A DNA stretch of 63,190 bases, the filler included, from Octopus bimaculoides (taxonomy: Eukaryota), in the NCBI RefSeq assembly GCF_001194135.2. It is 3 parts of 3 records of this genome, joined end to end, with 100 filler letters (N's around TTAATTAATTAA, not from the genome) between each part and the next. Parts side by side here need not be neighbours in the genome. Positions count along the whole stretch, not along the records: positions 49,964 to 63,190 come from NC_068991.1; 2 more parts are not named here. The stretch is one strand, 5' to 3'. A program made the translations under genes and the position numbers. Within the stretch, counting starts at the first letter, position 1. The number at the start of each line of letters is the position of its first letter. This document shows positions 52,886 to 63,190 of the stretch, piece after piece. Under the pieces are notes generated by a model. It made no database searches and was not told the DNA's origin. It saw only the letters and a program-made list of their open reading frames with translations.

Positions 52886-53549
52886 TCATCATCATCATCA
52901 TCATCATCATCATTGTCGTTTAACATCTGCTTTCCATGCTAGCATGGGTTGGACGATTTGACTGAGGACTGGTGAAACCAGATGGCTACACTAGGCTCCA
53001 ATCTGATTTGGCAGAGTTTCTACAGCTGGATGCCCTTCCTAACGCCAACCACTCCGAGAGTGTAGTAGGTGCTTTTACGTGCCACTGGCACAAAGGCCAG
53101 TCAGGCGGTACTAGCAACGACCATGCTCAAAATGGTGTATTTTACGTGCCACCTGNNNNNNNNNNNNNNNNNNNNNNNNNNNNNNNNNNNNNNNNNNNNN
53201 NNNNNNNNNNNNNNNNNNNNNNNNNNNNNNNNNNNNNNNNNNNNNNNNNNNNNNNNNNNNNNNNNNNNNNNNNNNNNNNNNNNNNNNNNNNNNNNNNNNN
53301 NNNNNNNNNNNNNNNNNACAGGAGCCAGTTCAGTGGCACTGGCAACGATCTCGCTCGAATGTCTTTACACGTGCCAGGAAGGCGATGCTGGGCACAGGTG
53401 CCATTGACGGTTTCGCTTTCGCTTGCCCCAATAGGTCTTCGCAAGCCGAGTTTCATTTCCAATGAAGGAGACGACGTTGGCATGGGTGCCAGTCGTCGAA
53501 TTTAATTCAATTTCGATTTCAGCCAGTCGTCGAATTTAATTCAATTTCG

Positions 53550-53552
<3 letters not shown>
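52886..53552 (-). mobile_element. RTE-tailed non-autonomous retroelement / SINE
   Basis: Minus strand ends ggttggcgttaggaagggcatccagc...gcatggaaagcagatgttaaacgacaat(GAT)n, typical of RTE-clade 3' ends; internal modules repeat; gap 53156-53317. Confidence 0.75.
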
Positions 53553-53607
<55 letters not shown>

Positions 53608-53619
53608 GTAATAATAATG

Positions 53620-54018
53620 GTTTCAAATTTTGGCACAAACTAGTACTTATTTTATCAATCCCAAGAGGATGAAAGGCAAAATCAACCTCAGCAGAATTTG
53701 AACTCAGAACACAAAGATGGATGAAATGCCGCTAAGCATTTTGTTCAGCAAGCTAATGATTCTACCTAACCCTAACCCTTACTGATAATAATAATCCTTT
53801 CTACTATAGGCACAAGGCCTGAAATTTTGGGGGAGAGGACTAGTCGATTACATCAACCCCAGTGTTTCACTGGTACTTAATTTATCAACCCTGAATGGAT
53901 GAAAGGCAAAGTCGACCGCGGCAAAATTTGAAATCATAACGTAGCAATGGGCGAATTACCACTAAGCATTTCACCCAGTGTGCTAGCGATTCTGCCAGCT
54001 CGCCACTTTAATAACAAC

Positions 54019-54084
<66 letters not shown>

Positions 54085-54090
54085 AAGAAG

Positions 54091-54123
<33 letters not shown>

Positions 54124-54352
54124 AATAATAATAGTAATAATAATCCTTTCTACTAAAGGCACAAGGCCTGAGATTGGCAGGAGGGGACTAGTCGATTACA
54201 TCGACCCCAGTGTTTCACTGGTACTTGATTTATCAACTCCAAAAGGATGAAAGGCAAAGTTGACCTCAGCGGAATTTGAACTGAGAACTAGCGATGGATG
54301 AAATACTGCTAAGCATTTTCCCGGACATGCTAACGATTCTGCCAGCTCATGG
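53620..54352 (-). mobile_element. Three tandem SINE family A copies (53620-53770, 53793-54005, 54140-54352) separated by (AAT)/(AAG)/(AAC) tracts
   Basis: Each contains gatgaaaggcaaa(gt/at)cgacc...gaatttgaa...ctaagcattt...gattct. Confidence 0.88.
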
Positions 54353-55029
54353 CCTTAATAATAATAATAATAATAATAATAACAATAATAATAATAACAA
54401 TAACAAGAACAATAACAACATCTAGCAGTACCTGTGCAGATTCCACGGCAAATACAAAATTTTTTAGATAGTTTAAGTTCATATACAGCCATAAAAATTA
54501 GTGTTCTTTTATAAATTGTATATTCTGCATTATTTTCATTTAAAAACACCATTCAATTCTTCTGAATAAGGCTGTAATTGAAGGAACATGATTTCCCATT
54601 CTCTCAGCACTTCAAAGGTTCATTTGAAAATTTAAGAGCTTTACAATGGTTACAGAGATTATTCATGTCACCAATGCAATTTTCAGCTGTGTTTACAGTT
54701 TTTGTTTTGTCTCCTCTCATTTTATATTCCATCTTGAACATGTTCCCTTATCTGTTGTAAATACTCATTCTATACAATTTGATTCATATTTTCCTTTCTA
54801 CATGCTGATGTTCCCATGCTTGTTCTAGTGATTCAACCTTTGCTTCTCTTTATGTCATTCTTGTTAGTTTACATCATCTGTCATCCATATTTTATAATCA
54901 AATATCAATTTTCAGGTGAGCAGACAATAAATAATTTTGCATATGCGCATGCATTAAGTGATAGGTGATATAAAAACTTTAGTTCAATTAAAATTTAAAA
55001 CTACATTTTCCACTATCCACACACTGCTG

Positions 55030-55140
55030 CCACTGCCACCGCCACCGCCGCCACCGCCACAACCGCCACCGCCACTGCCGCCGCCACTGCCACCACCGCC
55101 GCCACCACCACTGCCTCCACCGCTGCCACCACCACCACCA
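55030..55140. repeat. GC-rich (CCR)n trinucleotide repeat
   Basis: ccaccgccgccaccgcc...; the poly-Pro and poly-Gly ORFs are repeat artefacts. Confidence 0.9.
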
Positions 55141-55699
55141 TTATCACAAACATTTCTATAGTTTTCAGTAACAAAGTTCAGTCTGTTATTTACCAACCAT
55201 GTGATTGGGAAACAAGCTTCTAACCATACAGCCACAGTTATTTTGCAAAGTTATTTCATTTTTATTGAAAAATTTATCTTTCTATCTATGGTAAGTTTAT
55301 TATCATATCTAACGTAAGCCTTCCTTCTTCTGTCCAGCAATTGATGTATTTGTCAATGTGAATAGATAGATAAATAGATCAACAGATTAGAAGATATAAA
55401 AAATTTAATATTAAAATGAAAAACCCCAAATGTCGACTTTTTGTGACCACCATCAGGCAACTACCTCAAATTCTCATGCATTTAGAAATATAATAAAAGT
55501 CATCCCTCAAACTTTACAAGCGTAAAAATTGCACATTTTATAGAAAATTAAGAAAATGTGGGAAAAATAAGTAACTTTCCAGAATAATCATAAACCAACC
55601 AGCATGGTTGTTTAACTTGCATTTTGGAAAATGATTCCTATGTCAACAATTCATATGCCTTGTTGCATTCACCACTCACAAAATGGGGGTGCACATGTC

Positions 55700-58600
55700 G
55701 TTTTTGTTGTCTTCTGATGCCGATGATTCTGAGGGGAAATCTTTGCCATTTTGTTACATGCATGTGATTAAGACTCATGGAAGAGTTCTCCCATTTTCAG
55801 AGAAAAGTTTCAATAAGTTCAAAGAGCGTGATACATTGTGGAAAGAATTAAAAAAATTCGTCTGGAAAGTGTCATCACAGAAAAAGCAGAATGGCTTGTT
55901 GAATTCGACAATGTGTACAAAACAAATGTGGAACTGGAAGGCCAAGGTACATGTGCATCTATTACTGACATTGTCAATAAGGTGGGTCAACCGAATTCAG
56001 TCATACAATTGGTCAGTACATATCCTTGATATAACGTTTGGTAACATTTTATTTATTCCAAGATGTCTTTTAAATATATCACCTAGATCTCTAGCTATTT
56101 AGCTAAAGATGAAAATGAAGGGAATAATACTAATACTACACTGTCATTAAGTCTATGTAGAGCCAAGACAGGGTCAGGGCCTGGCTGACACGACATGGCT
56201 AAACTGTTTTTTTTCTTCTGATTTCTCACAATAGTCTAAACCTCCAGATGTGTCTACAATATTCTACAAGTTCTAAGTTACATATAAGTTGTTCACTGTA
56301 AGTATAATGTTAGACCTCCTTTAGCAAATTAAGTTCTCCAAAATGAATGTGCCATCAAGATGCCAGTCCTACAGAATTTGACACTGTAAACACAGACCTT
56401 GCAAATGCCATGTCAATAGCTGATGCACTCCAGCAGGAAGCAGTTGTACTTGCTTTTGACCAGGCCATTTATTCAAAGGCTCAGCAGATACGATGAGTTA
56501 ATAAACTTTACTGTCATTCGTTTGGGTGCATTTCACACTTTCCTATCTATGCTTGTATGTCTTGGGAAACAGTTTGGAGATGCAGGTTTGGAGAACATCA
56601 TGATAGAGTCAAATATCATAGCACAAGGTTCCATTAACAGTGTTCTCAGTGGACACCACTGCAATCGCAACATCCGAGTTTATAAGTGTGTCGTGGAAGT
56701 CATGGAACATCTGCATTGGCAAGCCTACATGAGCTTCCTTTCAGATATTGAATACACATTGACATATGAAACCCTTGTTAAGCATCATGCCGATTTATCC
56801 TCTTTCTCTTTTGCAGAGTTTGTAAAGGGAGAAGAATTTCAGGCTGTGGCAACTTGCTGTCATTCTTTCATGGAACAACATTCAGCCAAAGATCCAACAT
56901 TCGCTCTGTGGTCAAGCTACATTGAGATGGTTGAAGTCATCTTCTTATTTCTATGGGCTATAAGGCAAGGAGACTGGGAATTACACCTTTCTTCTCTTTG
57001 CAGTTTTCTACTCTGGTTCTTTGCATATGACCGTACCAATTATGCCAGATATCTTCCAGTTTATTGGCATGAGGTGAGTCAACTACCTGACAGTCATCCA
57101 CAAATTCATGAGGCCTTCATGCAAGGGAAGTTTGTTGTTCATCGCCAGACAGACCACGGATTCTGCAGACAATAGAGCAAACATGCAACAGGGACACAAA
57201 AACAAAAGGCAGTATGATTGGATTCACAAGGAGCAAAGGTGCAGTTGCCAGCTGGATTCTTTCCCAACATGAGCTAAATGCTATCAGCAAACATTGTGAG
57301 GAGATGACAGGGAAAGATGACAGATCCAAAGAAAAAAAAAGATCCTAATGTGACCAACATGAAAAAATATGAAGAAGATATCTGTGCAGTTGTTAAAACA
57401 GTAGAGGCCATGATCAATCCCTTCCAGGAAAATACCAAAGAACTTGTGCACATTGCATCAAGAGTGATAGCTTCCACTGATGTCTGTGATGACTCTACTT
57501 CTGCTTACACAAGTGGAGGTGATGCTTTCAAGGCGTTTTGCGAAGAACGTTTGCGAAGGAGATGGAGACTTGTTCAAGGTCCTCAAAAAGCAGAAAAGGT
57601 AAACTTTCACAACAATGAACAAAGCTTCAATGACCAAAGTAAAAGGCAAAGAAGTTACAATAAAAGCTGATTGCAATCTGTTTCAATGTTTGGTTGTTAT
57701 TGCTGGAGTAAGGAAACTTGATCTCCGAAACATGATGATGTATAATTTTGGCCCTTTCCCACTTGCCTTTGCTACAGTTGATGGTTCATTGACCAAGACT
57801 ACAAAAGCAACTCTTCTTCGTTCTATTAAGTCCAGTGTAGAGCCTGCTCCAGTTGTGGAAGGTATTCCATTAGGTAGTGTGTGGATTGTAGATGGGATGG
57901 CAATGTTCCAAGAAATTCCCCAAAAGGTTGTGTCAGGTACATTTGGTGAACTTTCAAAATATGTAGTCAAACAGCTTATTCACCTTGCACACACTGCCCA
58001 CAATGATACTGTTCATTTTGTGGGAGACACCTACTGAACAGTGAGCATCAAGGCAGCAGAGCGAGGAAGATGAGCTGCAAGTGGAAGCCAACTCACCAAG
58101 ATCTATGGTCCAGAGCAAAGAGTGCCCAATCAATGGAAAAAGTTTTTGTCACGCAGTCAAAACAAAGAAGCCTTAATTTGGTTCTTCATCAAGATGTAAC
58201 AGGAACACCCAACCTTGCGTCATGATGTCAAAGTTATCATGGCTCATGATGAAGAATGTCATTTGCTGCAGAATTTAGATGGCACAGTCAAGATACAAGT
58301 TGTGAAGGAACTTGAATGTAACCATGAAGAAACAGACACCAGGCTGTTCTTGCATTGTCAATATGCTGCTGCATCTCTCCCTTCAACTTCGAGCAGTACA
58401 CTAGCAATCATTATATTACATGTGTGGATACTTTTATCATTTCTCAAAATATTCTGTTTTGAAGAGCAAGAAAGAAAGAAAGGAGGGGAGGGAGGGAGGN
58501 NNNNNNNNNNNNNNNNNNNNNNNNNNNNNNNNNNNNNNNNNNNNNNNNNNNNNNNNNNNNNNNNNNNNNNNNNNNNNNNNNNNNNNNNNNNNNNNNNNNN

Positions 58601-59103
58601 NNNNNNNNNNNNNNNNNNNNNNNNNNNNNNNNNNNNNNNNNNNNNNNNNNNNNNNNNNNNNNNNNNNNNNNNNNNNNNNNNNNNNNNNNNNNNNNNNNNN
58701 NNNNNNNNTGTAAGACATGGATGAGGGAGACGAGAGAAAAATGATGAGTTTCTTTGGTCTTGTTTATTACAAGTATTACTGTTATCATCATCATCATTAC
58801 TTTTAAAGATTACTACATGTATTGATATGCTTCAGAGGTCAGACAAAATTTACCCTTCATAACCCCACTCCCTCATTTCCATTTAATTTAAAAGATTTGC
58901 AAATGTGAAAATATTTCAAGTAAAAACCAAGAAAAAGACCCTCTAATAGTATGTAAATTTAAGTTCACAATCTTATTTATTCTGAAATCAGATTTGTTTC
59001 AGCATTCTGTACATCACAATTATTCCTTCACAACGAAAAAGCAGTCTAATACACACGCCACTGGCCTAGTTTCCAATTTTGGACTCAAAGGAGCGACAGA
59101 CTA
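55700..59103 (+). mobile_element. Decayed Academ-type DNA transposon (transposase + XPG/FEN1-like nuclease)
   Basis: Frameshifted segments PTEFDTVN...VVLAFDQAIYSKAQQIR (56368-56493), RLGAFH (56519-36), GDWELHL, FAYDRTNYARYL, IEQTCNRDTKTKG, IVDGMA (57885), FVGDTY..SIKAAER, CNHEETDTRLFLH (58317-55); putative right end ...GGAGCGACAGACTA at 59103; left end not found. Confidence 0.7.
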
Positions 59104-59882
59104 ATTATGAAATATTAAAAATATAACTCATTAATGTGCACTTTCTGCGCTTGCCGAGTTTGTGTAGTTGTTATTCATATTTTTCTCGACCATTGTGAAA
59201 AATTTCATGTAGTTGCTATGTGGGGCAAAAACTAGAGCAATTTTAGATGTCTGCACCCCAGCCTATAATAATATATGATTTTTAAAATTTCCATTTGCTA
59301 AACACTTTATATTTCTCTCACTCTCTCTATTTCTCTCTACCTCTAACTTCAACAAACTTTTTAACCGTGTCAACCTCTTCATGTTGTTAACATTACTCTC
59401 ATTCTCTTTTTCTTCACCTCTCACATTCACTAACCACATGACAGCCAAATGTATCAGCTGGCAATAACATCATTACACTCTCTTCTCCTACCCTCTCTCT
59501 TTTTGCCTTCCTTTAACCTCACCACCAGAAGATCACCTGACTGCTAAACATTCTATTTCTAACTCTCTTTTTCTATATCACTCCCTTCAACTAATTTTTT
59601 AACTACATAATCACGATTATGTTTTCTTTCTCTCACTTGTTAACACTTCTCTCTCCCTCTTTCTCTCTTGCCTTTCGCCTTTCTCTTCAACTAGTTTTAT
59701 GAGCCTTACCATATTAATATATAAACAATGATATTACTACCACCGCCACCACGACCACCGCCGCCACNNNNNNNNNNNNNNNNNNNNNNNNNNNNNNNNN
59801 NNNNNNNNNNNNNNNNNNNNNNNNNNNNNNNNNNNNNNNNNNNNNNNNNNNNNNNNNNNNNNNNNNNNNNNNNNNNNNNNNN

Positions 59883-59914
<32 letters not shown>

Positions 59915-60115
59915 TCATCCTTTCTAATTTTGGTACAAGATCATCAGTTTTAAGGGTAGAGGTAAATTGATTACATCGGCCCCTGTGTTTATCAACCTCA
60001 AAAGGATGAAAGGCAAAGTAGACCTTGGAGGAATTTGAATCCAAAATGTAAAGAGCCTGAAAAAATGCTGCTAAGTATTTTCTCTGAGGCATTAACAATT
60101 CTACCAGCTTGCCAC
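59915..60115 (-). mobile_element. SINE family A (left arm of an inverted pair)
   Basis: ggatgaaaggcaaagtagaccttggaggaatttgaa...gctaagtatttt...caattctaccagcttgcc. Confidence 0.8.
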
Positions 60116-60182
60116 ATTGATAAGGATGATGATGATGATGATATGATTAGTAATTATTATCATCATTATTATTATTAATAAA

Positions 60183-60405
60183 AGGCAGCAAGCTGGCAGA
60201 ATTGTTAACATGCTGGAAAAAATGCTTATTGGTATTTTGTCCATCTTTATGTTCTGAGTTCAAATTCTGTTGAGGTCGACTTTGCCTTTCCTCCATTGGT
60301 GGTTGATGAAACAAGTATCAATTAAGCACTGGGGTCAACTTAATCGATAATCCTCCTCCCAACAAAATTTCAGGCCTTGTGCCTTTAGTAGAAAGGATTA
60401 TTATT
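60183..60405 (+). mobile_element. SINE family A (right arm of an inverted pair)
   Basis: gcaagctggcagaattgttaacatgctgg...gttctgagttcaaattctgttgaggtcgactttgcctttc...ggccttgtgcctttagtagaaaggattattatt. Confidence 0.85.
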
Positions 60406-60659
60406 GTTGTTAAAGGCATTCCTATTCCAAAGATGTCATTAAACTTAGCAACATTGTTCATAAAGGCTGGTAGTAGCAGAACATGGTTGTATACTGGCAG
60501 ATAGTAGGTGCCAAGTATGACATTTGACCTTATCAAAACACGTTCATCCTGATTAAAGATTAACTTGTATGAGCCAAGTATATGTTTTTCCCTGGCATAA
60601 GAGGTTCAAGGATGGTAGAGAGGAGGTGAGATATGAGGTGAGGTGTGAGAGGGAGAGAG

Positions 60660-61315
60660 ACGTCAAAACATCATAGCTGACTGAGAAAATTCACAATTTT
60701 CTGGATGAAGACCATAATGTGTCTATAAAGACAATAAGCATACAGTTTGGTGTTGAAGTGGCAATTGTGCACAGAATTATTCACGAAAATCTGAATATGT
60801 GCAAAGTTTGTTCCCAGGGTGCTTAGTAACAAACAGAAAGAAAGACTTTGGTGACAGAAGGGATATGGTTAAGCTCATTACCAACAATCCAAGAGTACTT
60901 GAGTCTCTGGTGACCTGTGATGAAAGCTGGAACTACTGTTATGATCCAGAGACCAAGAGACAGAGTACCCAGTGGAAGCATCCTGGCTCCCTAAGAACTC
61001 AGAAGGCCAGGCAAAGCAAGTCCACTGGGAGGTTCATGATTATCCCCTTTTTTCAACAGCAAAGACATCATCAACATCTACTGGATTCCCTCTGGCCAGA
61101 CAGTTAACAAAGAATACTTTGTGAAGGTTTTGAGAGAGTCTATGAAGAGATTTCACCACAAAAGTCTAGAGCTCTCCCATTCAGGTCAGTGACATCTGCA
61201 CCAGAACAATGTACCAATCCATGACTCCATCCTGGTATTCAACTACTTGACAGAGATGGGCAATAAAACTGTTTGTCACCTTCCCTACAGTCCAGTCCTG
61301 TGGCTTTTGGTTGTT
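60660..61315 (+). pseudogene. Dead mariner (DDD-type) transposase fragment
   Basis: HTH region KIHNFLDEDHNVSIKTISIQFGV, LVTCDESWNYCYDPETKRQSTQW (60910-60975), HQNNVPIH (second D changed to N), HLPYSP with the downstream DLAP lost; frameshifts and stops. Confidence 0.85.
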
Positions 61316-62000
61316 TCTGCTATCATAAAATTAAATGAAAAATTTCAAATTAGGTTTGTTGATGAACTTTTTCATACTGAATCCAAGTTTGTGATTCATT
61401 TATTTCAGAAAATGTTTTAGAAAAGTGTTACAGAGGCTTAAAATTTGATCATTTTTACCCAATCAGAAAACAGGATTTGAAAGCTAAGCATCATTTTCTG
61501 CACAAAATGTGTATATCATAAAATGATACACATTTAGAAGATGAGGTTTTAAACAAAATGAAAGCAATGCATGAGAGTTAATACACATAGAAAGAGAGTG
61601 AGTGTCAAAGACTATGGTAAATATACAAAGAGAGAGGTAGATTGATGGTGATAGAGAGCAGGAGATTTGTCAACCTAAAAGTTAAGTTATTTCTTGTAAC
61701 AAATTATATTCTTTTTTATTATTTAAGAACAACATTATCTTTGGGATGCAGATTTCAAAAATCACATTTGCTTTTCTCAAGGATGCACCATTTCTGAAGC
61801 TTTTTAGGCTAAACACACATACATAACCACATATGCATGATAATGATGATGATAATATATAAGTATACTCATAGATAGTTGATAACAATTGTTAGTATCG
61901 AAGATAAGGTTAAATTTTAATATCCAGCTGTCTTATACTATTAATTATATATTTCTAATCACTCCCTTAATGAATTTATGTCCGAATGTGTATATATATG

Positions 62001-63190
62001 TATAGGGGTTGGACAAAATAATGGAAACACCTAACATCATAACATCATAATTTTGAAATATCTATAAAACCTTCAAAAGTTTGTTTATTTTTATGTTTTT
62101 GATTTATTATTAGTGTTGCTTAATATGTTTTGCTAAAATTACTATTTCTTTTCAGATATCATCAGAAAAAGGTAATTAAAATTCATTAAAATGACAGATC
62201 TATTGGACTTTCAAAGAAGTCAAATTGTTGGTGCCCATATGGCAGGTGCTAGTATAATGAAAGCAGCCAAAATGTATCAAGAAGTACTGTCTCGAAAGTA
62301 ATGACAGCCTTTGAGAAAGAGGGAAAAACCTCCTCGTCGAAACAAAACTCTGGAAGAAAACCAAAACTTTCAGATAGGGACCGTCGGACTCTTATGCGAA
62401 TTGTTAGAAAGGATCACATAAGTACAGCTCCCAAAATTATTGCAGAGCTTAATGACGACTTCGAGAACCCAGTTTCCACAAAAACTGTTCGCTGGGAGCT
62501 GCACAAAGCCAGATTTTATGGGAGGACTGCAATCAGAAAGCCACTACTTTCAAAATCAAATGTTGCAAAGCATTTAGAGTGGAGAAAAATACCTACAGAA
62601 TTGGTCCCTAGAGCAGTGGAAGAATGTTATTTTCTCAGATGAGTCATCCTTTACCTTATTTCTGACCACTGGCCGAGTATACATGTGGAGACAGCCAAAA
62701 GAAGCATTTGACCCATGCTGCCTTCTTCCAACTGTTAAACATGGAGGAGGATCTGTGATGATCTGGGGGCGCTATATCTTGGAAATCTGCCAGCCCAATG
62801 GTTTCCTTTCATGACAGAATTAATAGTCATGACTATTTAAGCATTTTATCAGATCAAATTCATCCTATGGTTGCGGAACTGTTTCTGGAGGGAAATGCAA
62901 TCTTTTAGGATGATACTGCACCAACTCACACAGCTAAAGTTGTTACTGAATGGCATGAGGAACATTCTAGTGAAGTTGAACATCTTATCTGGCCACCACA
63001 GTTCCTAGATCTCAATATTATTGAACATTTATGGTGCATTTTAGAAAAATAAGTAAGGAGTTGATATCCTCCATCATCATCACTACAAGAACTGGAGACT
63101 GTTTTAGCTGAAGAATGGACAAAATTCTTTTGGAAACAATTCAAACTTTGTACAAGTCCATACCTCGTAGAATTCAAGCTGTAATTACTG
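62001..63190 (+). mobile_element. Tc1-type DNA transposon with a decayed DD36E transposase (truncated by the window end)
   Basis: TA + TIR (T)AGGGGTTGGACAAAATAATGGAAACACC; ATG 62191 MTDLLDFQRSQIVG; SGRKPKL; IFSDESSF (D 62638); TVKHGGGSVMIWG; F*DDTAPTH (D 62912); WPPQFLDLNIIE (E 63023); several stops and frameshifts. Confidence 0.9.

Noticed and set aside
53765-53779. CCTAACCCTAACCCT telomere-like repeat
   Set aside because: Only about 2.5 units; too short to call an interstitial telomere
54958-55235. Poly-Pro and poly-Gly ORFs
   Set aside because: They derive from a (CCR)n microsatellite with no flanking coding signal
54420-55400. Possible Helentron-like non-autonomous element (starts ctagcagtacctgtgcagattccacggc)
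   Set aside because: Only one copy in the window and no convincing paired subterminal repeat or 3' hairpin
1-63190. CRISPR arrays, rRNA, prokaryotic operons
   Set aside because: No repeat-spacer arrays, rRNA signatures or gene-dense blocks; the sequence is eukaryotic

Overview
Eukaryotic, AT-rich, repeat-dominated draft genomic DNA with many N gaps. The tRNA-derived SINE families and the extreme microsatellite load point to a cephalopod, most likely Octopus (inference). Almost all listed ORFs are artefacts of microsatellites or N runs. Supportable content: about 25 SINE copies from three families plus an RTE-tailed non-autonomous element; decayed Penelope and LINE fragments, with three hammerhead-ribozyme-like relics; a 228-bp mariner MITE with intact TIRs; a mariner 5' end; a dead mariner transposase; a decayed Academ-type transposon (transposase plus XPG-like nuclease, about 55.7-59.1 kb); a Tc1-type element with DD36E spacing (62.0 kb to window end); and one candidate host gene on the minus strand (50.2-52.7 kb) encoding a secreted cystatin-like protein without the canonical QxVxG motif. 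Two 100-bp 44N-TTAATTAATTAA-44N blocks are assembly spacers. Sequence right of the second spacer looks CpG-depleted. No rRNA, real tRNA or CRISPR array was seen. All family assignments come from motif recognition by eye, not database searches.
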